Positions 14,101 to 27,745 of a stretch of 64,000 nt of DNA are shown here, in pieces. The DNA is from Perna viridis (taxonomy: Eukaryota). Below the pieces are notes generated by a model that ran no database searches, had not been told where the DNA came from, and was given only the letters and a program-made list of their open reading frames with translations. The stretch lies in contig CM074517.1 in NCBI GenBank assembly GCA_037379345.1, forward strand, positions 20,274,001 to 20,338,000. Reading direction: 5' to 3'. Within the stretch, counting starts at the first letter, position 1, and every line of letters starts with the position of its first letter. The position numbers were made by a program, and so were the translations under genes.

Positions 14101-17100
14101 TCCAACATTTGTTGAAGCTTCGCTTTCTTCTAAAATAGAAACTGAGACATTACCAATTGACGCTACCATAAGAAATACAGATAAAGACACTTCCTCAAGA
14201 CAACAGTTAGTGACAATTTCAATGCAAAACCATGAATTTAGTGATAAATTGTTAACATCTAGTGAAGTAATGACAATGTCAAACGAACTACTAACAACTA
14301 ATTCTAAAAGTGGAGACGTTTTGGGAAGCCCTGTAGTGACGATTTCGGAAACTGACGAAAAACCAATTAAAACATTCAAACCATCAATTGTTGTAAAATC
14401 AACGCCATCCCTTAAAATGGAGACGTCAATAAATGTGATAGGATCAACACATAGTGAACACGAAAAAACCACGCCAGTGTCGAGACAATTATCGATTGAA
14501 GCTGCAATGGCAACCGATACCGAAAAAAGTACATCAAGTATTCCAATAATGAAAATCAATGATTATTCTGATAGGACATATATCAAAGTTTATGAGGCAA
14601 CTTCTTTACTAACACCTTCAACAGGTCAAGCAACAAAAGAAGCTACAATATCATCTGCTGTTAAAACTAATCCGGAAGTGACTACAAAAGAAGACATCAT
14701 TACATTGACTTCTGTCCCGCTACCAAAATCCACCAAAGATTTTGCACATATTCCTCAAGTAGACTCAACATCATATGAAGACAGTGTGACAAATTCATTG
14801 ATTGAGTCATCTTCCGTAGAGTATATTCAAGTTTCTACAATGGCATTTGACGCAACGGTTAATCAGATCATAAAGGCAATTCCAATTAGTCAATTAACAT
14901 CAAATCCTCTTGAAGCATCGACATCATTTGACGACAGAAATATGTCATCATTGAAAGGAGAAGGAATATCAACTCAAATTTCGATACCACAAACTTCTCA
15001 CACACCACCATTAGTTTATGGAACTGAAACCACATCAAGAGAAACAAAACACGTGTCAACTGACGCTCATAACTCTCTTATGGAACCCATGCCAGCATCA
15101 AGTGACACAAAATCTAACACACTTGCTTTCATCAAGTCAGTATTTGAAGTAGATGGAACATCAAATGAAGTAATAATGACAACACCTGGTTTTCAATCAA
15201 TATCATGGTTAGTAACAGATACCACATCTCAAACGACCTCACGATTAGTATTCGAGCAAAGTGGTATTGAAACTACAAAATCAGATTTTGTAGCAGAACC
15301 GACATCAAGTGATATAAAGGTGCAACCAGATATGGGAACCCTTTCGGTTCTACCTATGTGGTCTAATTCTCTAATTGCAGCTACAAAGACGGCAAACACA
15401 ATAGAGACAGCTTCAATTGAAGATTTTATTCACGTATCGCAAATGAAACCAACAGCAGTTCAAACTACACGGTCAATGATTATAGAAAGTGCTACATTGA
15501 TTGAAAGAGGAATGGAAACAAATGTAAATAATCCAACATTTGTTGAAGCTTCGCTTTCTTCTAAAATAGAAACGGAGACATTACCAATTGACGCTACCAT
15601 AAGAAATACAGATAAAGACACTTCCTCAAGACAACAGTTAGTGACAATGTCAATGCAAAACCATGAATTTAGTGATAAATTGTTAACATCTAGTGAAGTA
15701 ATGACAATGTCAAACGAACTACTAACAACTAATTCTAAAAGTGGAGACGTTTTGGGAAGCCCTGTAGTGACGATTTCGGAAACTGACGAAAAACCAATTA
15801 AAACATTCAAACCATCAATTGTTGTAAAATCAACGCCATCCCTTAAAATGGAGACGTCAATAAATGTGATAGGATCAACACATAGTGAACACGAAATAAC
15901 CACGCCAGTGTCGAGACAATTATCGATTGAAGCTGCAATGGCAACCGATACCGAAAAAAGTACATCAAGTATTCCAATAATGAAAATCAATGATTATTCT
16001 GATAGGACATATCTCAAAGTTTATGAGGCAACTTCTTTACTAACACCTTCAACAGGTCAAGCAACAAAAGAAGCTACAATATTATCTGCTGTTAAAACTA
16101 ATCCGGAAGTGACTACAAAAGAAGACATCATTACATTGACTTCTGTCCCGCTACCAAAATCCACCAAAGATTTTGCACATATTCCTCAAGTAGACTCAAC
16201 ATCATATGAAGACAGTGTGACAAATTCATTGATTGAGTCATCATCCGTAGAGTATATTCAAGTTTCTACAATGGCATTTGACGCAACGGTTAATCAGATC
16301 ATAAAGGCAATTCCAATTAGTCAATTAACATCAAATCCTCTTGAAGCATCGACATCATTTGACGACAGAAATATGTCATCATTGAAAGGAGAAGGAATAT
16401 CAACTCAAATTTCGATACCACAAACTTCTCACACACCACCATTAGTTTATGGAACTGAAACCACATCAAGAGAAACAAAACACGTGTCAACTGACGCTCA
16501 TAACTCTCTTATGGAACCCATGCCAGCATCAAGTGACACAAAATCTAACACACTTGCTTTCATCAAGTCAGTATTTGAAGTAGATGTAACATCAAATGAA
16601 GTAATAATGACAACACCTGGTTTTCAATCAATATCATGGTTAGTAACAGATACCACATCTCAAACGACCTCAGGATTAGTATTCGAGCAAAGTGGCATTG
16701 AAACTACAAAATCAGATTTTGTAGCAGAATCGACATCAAGTGATATAAAGGTGCAACCAGATATGGGAACCCTTTCGGTTCTACCTATGTGGTCTAATTC
16801 TCTAATTGCAGCTACAAAGACGGCAAACACAATAGAGACAACTTCAATTGAAGATTTTATTCACGTATCGCAAATGAAACCAACAGCAGTTCAAACTACA
16901 CGGTCAATGATTATAGAAAGTGCTACATTGATTGAAAGAGGAATGGAAACAAATGTAAATAATCCAACATTTGTTGAAGCTTCGCATTCTTCTAAAATAC
17001 AAAGTGAGACATTACCAGTTGACGCTACCATAAGAAATACAGATAAAGACACTTTCTCAAGACAACAGTTAGTGACAATGTCAATGCAAAACCATGAATT

Positions 17101-18979
17101 TAGTGATAAATTGTTAACATCTAGTGAAGTAATGACAATGTCAAACGAACTACTAACAACTATTTCTAAAAGTGGAGACGTTTTAGGAAGCCCTGTAGTG
17201 ACGATTTCGGAAACTGACGAAAAACCAATTAAAACATTCAAACCATCATTTGTTGTTAAATCAACGCCATCCCTTAAAATGGAGACGTCAATAAATGTGA
17301 TAGGATCAACACATAGTGAACATGAAATAACCACTCCAGTGTCGAGACAATTATCGATTGAAGCTGTAATGGCAACCGATACCGAAAAAAGTACATCAAG
17401 TATTCCAATAATGAAAATCAATGATTATTCTGATAGGACATATACCAAAGTTTATGAGGCAACTTCTTTACTAACACCTTCAACAGGTCAAGCAACAAAA
17501 GAAGCTACAATATCATCTGCTGTTAAAACTAACCCGGAAGTGACTACAAAAGAAGACATCATTACATTGACTTCTGTCCCGCTACCAAAATCCACCAAAG
17601 ATTTTGCACATATTCTTCAAGTAGACCCAACATCATATGAAGACAGTGTGACAAATTCATTGATTGAGTCATCATCCGTAGAGTATATTCAAGTTTCTAC
17701 AATGGCATTTGACGCAACGGTTAATCAGATCATAAAGGCAATTCCAATTAGTCAATTAACATCAAATCCTCTTGAAGCATCGACATCATTTGACGACAGA
17801 AATATGTCATCATTGAAAGGAGAAGGAATATCAACTCAAATTTCGATACCACAAACTTCTCACACACCACCATTAGTTTATGGAACTGAAACCACATCAA
17901 GAGAAACAAAACACGTGTCAACTGACGCTCATAACTCTCTTATGGAACCCATGCCAGCATCAAGTGACACAAAATCTAACACACTTGCTTTCATCAAGTC
18001 AGTATTTGAAGTAGATGTAACATCAAATGAAGTAATAATGACAACACCTGGTTTTCAATCAATATCATGGTTAGTAACAGATACCACATCTCAAACGACC
18101 TCAGGATTAGTATTAGTATTCGAGCAAAGTGGTATTGAAGCTACAAAATCAGATTTTGTAGCAGAATCGACATCAAGTGATATAAAGGTGCAACCAGATA
18201 TGGGAACCCTTTCGGTTCTACCTATGTGGTCTAATTCTCTAATTGCAGCTACAAAGACGGCAAACACAATAGAAACAACTTCAACTGGAGCTTTTATTCA
18301 CGTATCGCAAATGAAACCAACAGCAGTTCAAACTACACGGTCAATGATTATAGAAAGTGCTACATTGATTGAAAGAGGAATGGAAACAAATGTAAATAAT
18401 CCAACATTTGTTGAAGCTTCGCTTTCTTCTAAAATACAAACTGAGACATTACCAATTGACGCTACCATAAGAAATACAGATAAAGACACTTTCTCAAGAC
18501 AACAGTTAGTGACAATGTCAATGCAAAACCATGAATTTAGTGATAAATTGTTAACATCTAGTGAAGTAATGTCAATGTCAAATGTACTGCTAACAAGTAT
18601 TTCTAAAATGGGAGACGTTTCAAGAAGTTCCTTTGTGAGTCAACCTATTTCACCAATAACACAAAGTAATACTGCTCTATCTACAACTTTAGTACCTTTT
18701 TCAAGAACTACAGCAGCACGGTCCTTGTCATCAACTACGTTATTAGATAACTTGGACCAATCCTCATCGTTTAGTACAACAACACCAACAACAATATTTT
18801 CGACATCTGTTCCGATACATACTGGCACGCAATTTTATTCACTCACTACCGTGCCTTCAACGACACAATGTGCAAAAATAATCTCAATAAAAATGACCAT
18901 CGCTTATAAGATCATTTTTCCTCTGAGAGATCATAGTAGTCTTATATACAAGGAGTTGTTCAACTACACAAATGTTGCC
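8175..18979 (+). CDS. Giant mucin, PTS exon 1 (10,805 nt; 477-aa repeats) plus start of SEA-like domain
   Basis: Uninterrupted S/T-rich ORF. Acceptor TTTTATGTTCATAG| (phase 1) and donor GCC|GTAAGT (phase 0). It ends in IISIKMTIAYKIIFPLRDHSSLIYKELF, resembling the SEA N-terminal L-x-D-x-x-S-x-x-Y/F-x-x-L pattern. Confidence 0.92.
8183..18590 (+). repeat. Coding tandem repeat, 1431-bp unit, about 7.3 copies
   Basis: Identical landmarks recur every 1431 nt (antisense ORFs at 9736, 11167, 12598, 14029, 15460, 16891). The first ~800 bp are diverged. The last unit has a 6-bp duplication near 18110. Confidence 0.98.
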
Positions 18980-19440
18980 GTAAGTATAAAATACTCATAC
19001 ATACTTTTTATTTAACCGACTGAAATACTTATAAAAGATCAAGGAATAGTTATAATGTTTTCTTACTTTAATTCAAAACTTTACATAAGTGTACATAAAT
19101 AAATCATTTTTTTATTCGCCTTTCAACTGACATTGAAAACATTCTTGAGTTCGGCTATATAATGACATTGGATACCTGTACACGTATAGTGGATGACCCG
19201 GAATGACTTCAATGAGATACCAGAATATATCATTATGGCATGTTCACTAAAAGTTGTTCTCGCGTGTTTTAATATAATTTACAGGTACATTTTCAATTGA
19301 TATCTCTACCTCGCTACATTCTTTGTTGTCTTCTTTTTGACATCTAATATAACACGTATTGCATATAGCAATATTTCCACAAACCGATTGACCGTCAGTT
19401 CATTATTTGGTTAATAAGAAGTCTTCGCCACCGTCGAAAA

Positions 19441-20303
19441 TGTATCAATCTGTACCATGACAACTGAACTGTTCAACGTGTCAAAGTTTTCCTTTCCTCT
19501 TTTGTCTGCCTCATACTTGACTTTTCATGAGCAACTATGTGGATTTTTCTAGAAAAACAGAGGACGCTTATTATGCTCTTAGTTTTAACTGGAGTCCGAG
19601 TTGCTTGTTAATTATTCGTACTTTGTATGTATTATTTTATTATTATATGTTCGTTGTTGTGCTTGTCTGCTTTCCATGTCTGTGATCATGGAATCAACAG
19701 AATATCATATAAACCCAATACATATTTGCAATACAGTTGAATCTGAACTAAAACATAACCGTAAACTGAAAAATAATAAACACATGAGCAACTGTCAATA
19801 CAATTGTATTAGTGAATGATGGTAGTTGAAGCGGTTGGTCATTTGAAAACATGTGACGAGAGTTTCTAATTTGGTCTAAGAGGCGTGACATTATTAAGTT
19901 GATCAGAATTCTCATGGTCTCGGCCTGTTTAATTAAAGATTGCATGTTACGTACACTGAAACATCCGTATAATTATCGGATGTCCTAATACTTTGAGCGG
20001 AGAAAATGGTTCAAAAATGACACTTGTTTAAAGATATACTACATGACTGTATTTGGTATCACTTCGGATGTATTTTAAATCCCCTTCGAGCTAGGCTTAT
20101 TGCAAATGTTTCCTGTGGTGTAGTTTTCGAATATTCAAGGTCAAAGTTAAACACCAAAGACTCTAAAGGGTTAACAATCTTTGCATTTTTTGGCAATCTT
20201 TTAAACCATGCTCTTTGTTGTATATGTCTGTTTTCCATGTCTGGTCTTTGTCCTTGAATTGCATTCTTGAGATTACCGCTATAATCTTGGTTCCCTTGAT
20301 TAC
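19441..20303 (+). mobile_element. Two fragments of the Penelope-like 3' end (19441-19682 and 20210-20303)
   Basis: Similar to 29625-29948 and separated by ~530 bp of unrelated sequence. Confidence 0.75.
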
Positions 20304-20728
20304 TTTTTGACTCACCTTAACAAAAGTTTCACGTGCTTTAGTGAAGGTATTTTTGTGGATACTTTATATAGGAGGAATGTTATGTCTTGATGCGATATAG
20401 TCGACATTTTGTTTAATTTTATGTATTGAATACATGGTATATCAAGATATGCTATCGAAGGTTCCAACAAAATACTACGAAGAGCAAAGCGACAGATGGG
20501 ATTTAAAAGCTTGCCATCTGCTTACATGTTTATCTACAAACACAATTTTACGACGATTCTTAAATTTGAAGTATTTAGTTCAACTATATTCTAGCTGATA
20601 AGTTTGGTAGACAATGGAAATTCCAAGCCGCCCTTAATCAGTTTCCAATTTATATGTATCTAATGACTACTACGTCTCAAATGATTCGAATAATAATGAC
20701 TATATGGAATATTTTCCCTCCATTTTAG

Positions 20729-20799
20729 CTTTGGAATTTTTATAACGGATCTGAAGGAATTGGTAGCGCACTGAAAAATTTAACTCTCATAGAAATAAG
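20729..20799 (+). CDS. Giant mucin, SEA-like exon (LWNFYNGSEGIGSALKNLTLIEI)
   Basis: Acceptor CCCTCCATTTTAG| phase 0, donor AG|GTTCGT phase 2, open frame. Confidence 0.8.
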
Positions 20800-20997
20800 G
20801 TTCGTTCATTCTTTCAATCAACAAAATGAGCTAAATAACATGTAATTGCAGACATGCAAGAATATATTATTAATTTGAAAAATAATACAAAACACAATTA
20901 AAGCAATTTTATGCTCTTTCAAACGACATTTCACTTTACAATGAAAATATGATATGTTGTTATGTGTCATTACTTATTTTACGTTGATTACTTTTAG

Positions 20998-21045
20998 GCG
21001 ATCTGACTCAGTAAAACTCAGGAGGAAAAGATCTGAGAACTTAAG
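20998..21045 (+). CDS. Giant mucin, 48-nt phase 2-2 exon with furin site (RRSDSVKLRRKRSENL)
   Basis: Acceptor TTACTTTTAG| and donor AAG|GTCGGT, in frame with both neighbours. RRKR matches R-X-K/R-R. Confidence 0.75.
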
Positions 21046-24000
21046 GTCGGTAAAGGAACTATTAAGGCTAAGCTCTCGGGCAAACGATCTGTATGGATGT
21101 TTACTGATAATCAAAACAACTAAATCGTATCATTTTCTTTTATTTAGTCTTTATTTAACTTGACCTGACGATAATCTCAGAAGAAAAGATCGTTTAAAAT
21201 ATGAACGAAATTACTGACAAAATAATTTGCCGAGCGATTGTATCAAATAAATCAGGTAATCCTTTTTTCAGTTTGGCACGTAACATGATACTATTGATAT
21301 TTTATTTGTCAAAAATATTGATAAAGTAGCAGTTTATTCATCTTTTATACCAGGTTATGAGTTTACATCAACAATAAGGCTGCAATTCAGAGAAAGCACA
21401 TGGATGCCCGATGCATGGCACATGCCCAATGATATTCGCAAACTATTTTTTTATCCGTTGGAGCTCACAAACTCATTTTTTATAACAGATGTTAATCTTT
21501 AATTTGTTGAAATGATAAGAATGAATTATTTTACATAGATTGCACTTACAAAAACTATAAAATAAAGGGTAACAGTTTTTTTTCTGCTAACAAGACCTTT
21601 TGTGGATAAGGATAATTGCGTTGTTGTTATTCAGAACTTGAAAGATAAAGGCTGGCTGTTCAGAAACTAAAAAGGCTTATCAAAATGACTGTTCTACAAA
21701 ACTTTTAAAAAATAGGCCAAAAGTGTTCACTGTCTGTTTTTCCAATACAATTTTAACTGCAACTTGTTTAAACTAACATCAATATAGAATTTAACTCTGA
21801 AGTTATCTGACTTTGTGTTATATTAATTATTCTCGACTAAACAAATGATAATAACTTTAAGCAAACAGCAATCTTATAATTCAACTCAACATGATGCAAT
21901 ATAGCAACATATAGTAGTGTAGCAGGGGACGATTTTCGTTGATTTGCTTCAATAGTATTAAACACGGCCACATAATATATTGTTGGAAAGAGCGAATGAT
22001 GATTATCCGGATATCGATATTGTGGCTGTCTATCGTGGACACCGGCGGTAAAAATCTGGTCGAAGATTAATCATTCATATGTGAATCAATTGTTTTTGAC
22101 TTTTCAAATGTGTATAACGTATTTCGTTTTGTAGACAATCAAGCCTTAATACATCAAATAATAGCTTAGCATGTATGGTTCATATTCAAAAGTATTTGAT
22201 TTCTGTCTGTTATATAAGGACATCATTAAGTAGAAATTACAAATTTTGACGTTTCATACATGTTAAATGTGAAGATGATTTTTTGATTTTAATTTTATTC
22301 CCTTTCTTCTGAAATCGTGAAGACTATATTTAAAAGATGCTGTTGAATTCATAACATTTTGTTATCCAATTTAATTACAATTAGCACTATAGATTCCATT
22401 CAATCAGTGTATGTAGGATCAAACAGCGGATATTAAAATCAATTGGTAGTCCTTTATAGTTTTATAGTAAATCAAATTGCATTTCCCCTTTAAATGAAGA
22501 TATTATAAGTTTCTCCTGAGCACTATTCAATACACAATATATAAAAGTTAACCGATCATAGTTATTACATGATTCAAACCCTTTTTTTTTTCGATTTAAA
22601 ACAGGTGCTTTTAAACGAATCCGTTCCTGCCTTTATAACTCACCCAACCAAAATTGCGATAATAAAAAGGAATGTCTACGTGACATATATCAATATTAAA
22701 CAAATGCACAAATAAAACAGAGAATCATACTTAATTTTACAGACAGTTAGTGACTAGTTTTAATCCATTTAAAAAAAAACACATGTTGCAATGTTTAGAC
22801 AGTGTGAACCACAAATCAAGTACATGTGGTAACCCGTGAAGACATGGGTTTCAAATGTAATAGGACATATCGCTTGAACGGTTAAAATGTTAATTTTAAT
22901 CTAATCATTGTTCAATATCATTATTCAGAGATAACTTTTATATATATTTCCCTTATATTATTAAAAAAACGATAAACTGTTGGTATATTTTTGTCTCAAT
23001 ATAAAAAATTCAAACTACTAATGGAATATCGAAATTACTTAGTTCTATTTGGTGTGAACATGGAGTATGAGTTTGAAAAAAACATAATGTAGGCTTACAA
23101 AATAAAAGACCTTTTGTTTTGTTAAAATTGTATTTAAAATTCACTGTCATAATATTACAATGGGGGTACCTTAACTTTCAAGAAAAGTGACCATGGTAGA
23201 TAACGACAACATGAATAAATTAAAACTGCATGTTTTCTTTCGACTGAGACTTAAAGCAGCCGTCATACTAACCCAAGATAAAAAAAAAAACTAAAAGTAT
23301 TTTAAATGTTCACTTCCATTATAATATCAATGAACTACGTGACTAAATAAACGGTTCTAATTACATAGTCAACTTCATCAAAACGATTAATATTCGGGTA
23401 AATAACCGAAATATATTCCGTACATCGCACAGGTTAACGAGTTAAGGAACTTGTTAACGAGTCAAATAGTCAATCGTTCTCGGCACGAGTAATTGTATTT
23501 TGTTTATAAACCAATGCATTATCATTCCAGTATTTATTGTATAAAATTATTCCTAAATTCATTTCAAGATAAATTGTTTATTTTTGATCGGTGTATTGAT
23601 TTTAGCACGAGAATGTCCGAGAGTGAAATTACCAAATTGATTTTAATGTGTGAAATGTTTTTTTACACAAGGTACATTTAATACATCATTGCTTCCTATT
23701 TAACAAATCTGTATATTTTTTGTTCTAAAATAGGATATTTTCTTTAACTACACAGACACAAGAAAATCTTAAGGACCAAAAACATATTGTATACCCTCAA
23801 AATATGTTATTAAGCAATTTACAAAATGAAAATAATCAACATTCTTTTAACAATAAATCGTAAAACGCCACGTGTTTTAAAAAAAGTGGTATATGTAGCC
23901 GCTTATTTTACTCGCCAAGAAAAATAAGACGGTTCTACTTTCTATAATTTCGCGTTGGTATTCATTATAAAAACAAATAACAATTACCGGATGAAAATCG

Positions 24001-25438
24001 GATTCAATCAAATATCTTATAGTTACAAGTATCTTGCTATAAATGAAAACAATAAAATAACTTATTAAATTAACTTTACATAATAGCATCATTCTATCGT
24101 ACAAACAAAATATGTAAATTTGACTTTGAATATCAGTTGCCATGGTAACATGTGACCTCAAATGGTCGTTGCTAAGGACAATATTTTGATTTTGACCAGT
24201 TTTCCATTAAAAAAATTGCATAAGATCTCCAGAAGTTTTCATAGACAAATTAGTTCATCATCTTTTTTCTAAATAAATGTTGAGATCTCTAAATATGACA
24301 AGAGTTTAAAAGATCTTGATAAACTACAAATATGAATATGGGCCATTGTGTTTTTGAAATAACAGTTTTACGTTTTTGGCAATTTTCCTAAATTGATCAC
24401 TTTAAAGCCATAGGAAATCATGATAATTTTATCCTTGGGAATGTGCTGTCGATCAAAAAATTACCCCCATCGAAGGAAGATAATTCATTATTATAAAAAA
24501 TAATTGACATCATACACTGCATAAATACTTATTCCACTGAAAAAAAATCATTTTCAATTGTGCAAACAAGGAAATTAAGTGTTTTTTTTATAAGTAATGA
24601 CATATGATAATAAATGAGATTTAACTATTTTTTTTCTAACCATTCACTTTTGGAAGGTCTATCCACTTTATTGTTAAGATTGTTTTTACCAGAAATCCCC
24701 TTCTTTTAATTTAATTTCATGTTCTAATCATGATAGATAATGTACCTTATTGTTACCTCTGAGATTGATATAATATCCAAAAAGTTTCAATTTATTAGGA
24801 CGCTGCCACAAAATGTGGCGATCGACTATTTTAAACACTCTGTCCGTGCGGCCGTAATTAAACCTTGTCACGGTTTTAACATTTTTGCCTTAAGAGATGG
24901 GCTTTTGATATTTGATATGCATATAGGTCACCCTAAGACAAAGTATTTAATATCATGATTGATGAACTTTGACCTCGAATTTTGACCTAGAGGTTAGTTT
25001 ATTGATTTTTACATAGCGTTTTCTTGTCCAGGCTGTATGTTTTTGTCTTATAAGATTGGCTTTTTTATATTTGGTATGTGAATATATTACCTCAAGACGA
25101 TGTGTTGTGAATTCATGGATGAATACCTTCGACTTTGAACTTTGACTTTGAAGTTGAATTATTTGCATTTTTTTCTCCAGGCTCTAATATTTGTGTCTAA
25201 TAAGAATGGTATTGGTATGTCAATATATCCCGACAAAACAACGTGTCCCGCAGCATGGACGATGACCTTTGACTTTGAACTTTACCCTGGGGTTAATCAA
25301 TTGATTTTACATGACCCCTTCTTGTCAGAGCTGGAACTTTGTCTTATGAGATCTGCTATTGATAAGGTCATCTCTTGGTGATGTGTTGCGTATCATGGGT
25401 GATGACCTTCGGCCTTGAACTTTGACATTAAGGTCTAT

Positions 25439-26070
25439 TATTGTACCCCACTTGAAAAGTGGGGTGTATTAAGTGGTAGAGGTGTTTGTCCGTCCTCCCG
25501 TGACACAAGGGTTGCCAATCTCTTATTCATTACTCTTTCTACACCACTTTATGGAATTGAATGAAACTTTTGCTGAATCTTTATAACATATTTCCATTTT
25601 TTTTTTAATTTTGATCCCAATTTTCGTGTTTTACATATCAAAGCAGGTACTTTGTCAATTGTGAAGAAGGGTAAATTGAACGATCCATCTCTTATCCGGC
25701 ACTCCTCCTATCTCCTACATATCTAAAATGAATTGAATGAAACTTTCCTAGAATCATTACCGATATTACTTTTTTTCACATTGTTACCTTCTATTTTAGA
25801 ATATGATCCAAAGCAATTCAGGGGTTTCACATATCAAAAGATGGACTTTGCTATTTGTAAATTAGGGACATTGGGACCCATTTCTTATCCATTACTCCTT
25901 CTTCACCACTAAATGGAATTGAATGAAACTTTCACAGAATCATTACTGTATGTTCCCATCGTGTACCTCTTATTTTAGATTTTGATTCAAATAAAAATGT
26001 TGGTTAGAAAGGTCATGTTACTTTCTATTAAATGGGGAATTGGGTATCAAGTATTGAGCATTGATCACAT
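25439..26070 (+). mobile_element. Non-autonomous Helentron-type (HINE/DINE-like) element with ~180-bp internal tandem repeats
   Basis: 5' inverted repeat ACCCCACTT-GA-AAGTGGGGT followed by GTCCGTC. Three units contain GAATTGAATGAAACTTT (~25555, 25730, 25916). The 3' end has GGGTATC plus a short hairpin. Confidence 0.65.
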
Positions 26071-27496
26071 TTTAAACAAGAATGGCTGTTAAGTGGACCG
26101 GAAACTGATCATAGACTCCTTTAAGGTCCTTATTAGACACAGAACATTTGATTAAGACTTTAAGTAATTTGTGTTATATGATGTTTTCATTAATTTTGTG
26201 CTGGGTTGTTTTTCCCAATATGTGCAATTAATTCAAGTGGAATTTATTTTTGGATAGCAAAGAACTCAGATATGGAAAAAGTTTTTTTTATTTCAGTCTA
26301 ATTGAAAAACAATCGTACAATGTATTATACATGTATATGTATTTTTACGTTCTATTATTTCATTTATAAGATCACTGTTGCCAGAATGTTTTATGGTAGA
26401 AGAATAAGGGCCGGAATTTTTCAAGTTACATCACTCTTGTAACTTTCCTTTGAGGATTGCAATAGAAAGGGGAAGGATGGAAAAAGTTACTAATACAACT
26501 TTAAATCGAAAATTGAGTCGACCAGATGCCATCCCATTGACTGTTATGATGCGAAAATTTTATTTTATTTAGAAGTGTAGAAGTTTTGTATATGACAATA
26601 CTGGATATTTTACAGTAATCTAATATCTAATATTTGATCAATTAAATTGAGTTAGGCTAACATTTTATAAGGTTCAAATACAGAGTAAACATGTCAGTAT
26701 GGTTAAAAAGCACGGGAATTCCCCAAAGTGTCAACAATTATGCCCGGTCTTCATTTTCTTTTTAACCATTTGACTAGCATATCTTATTTATATATGTTAT
26801 AGTAAATAAACAATATTTAACCCCCATCCCCCCCCTCCAAAAAAAAAGCACAAATCAAAAATCACCAAAATCATGAATCCCTTGCGCTAAGTCATGGTGC
26901 ACGTTCATGTATAAATACATTTCCCATAATAAAGGGAAAGAACTCTTACTCATAAATGGACGTGCAATTTGTCTTTGAGTTTTCGTCAGTACGTCTCCAT
27001 TTTCTCATTAAGATTCCCGTACTAAGGAAGTAATAGATCGTCTTTTCGTTAGATCACTCTAGCGGAAGTTCAATATCACTGAGCCGCACCAGTTCTGTAT
27101 CTTAAATCATTGAAAGAAATTGCTTTCTGCTAATGGTATTCCTGTCACTATCAGCACATTAGACGGGAAGATATCTTTAAATTATAAATTATAACTCTTT
27201 TGGAACCAGTAATTATAAATTGCAAGAGGAAATTTAAATGATGAAGGCTTGGATGACTATATTAGGTTCTCCGTTTCTTGTATTTTCTTCTCCATATCAA
27301 TAAAAATTATATAATCAAAAAAGGATAATTCCAGCCGCATGTTTGAAATTGAACCTTTACTACATGTACCTTTTAATTCGTCTCAAAAGATCATTGCTAT
27401 ATCAACAATTACCGAAGCAGTCCGCATTTCATTATCATGAAAGTAGTAATCGAAAGTAAAATTGAGTTTCTCACACACATTAATTTACAATATTCT

Positions 27497-27707
27497 TACT
27501 GTAAACCGTCACATTTGCACGGCTGTTTCAATTTAGCTATTGTCGAGGTAAGACCTGTAGCACGAAAATGAAACTGTCGTGAATATTTTTTTATAAGAAA
27601 TTCTTATGTGATTCGGGGAACGATTACAACTTTAAAGGTATTTAATAACAGTTTGATCGCATAAATCGCGAAAAAAAGACGGCGCGAAAATTGTCTGGTA
27701 TAGAGTA
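27497..27707. mobile_element. TA-flanked MITE (TACTGTA...TAGAGTA)
   Basis: Imperfect terminal inverted repeats with CGCGAAAA-type subterminal motifs, the same style as 56469-56675. Confidence 0.5.
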
Positions 27708-27745
27708 ATCATATGCATTGCAAATATCTTTCGATACTTTTACAG

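Noticed and set aside
9736-17421. Six 176-aa antisense ORFs
   Set aside because: They are shadows of the 1431-bp coding repeat, with no independent coding evidence.
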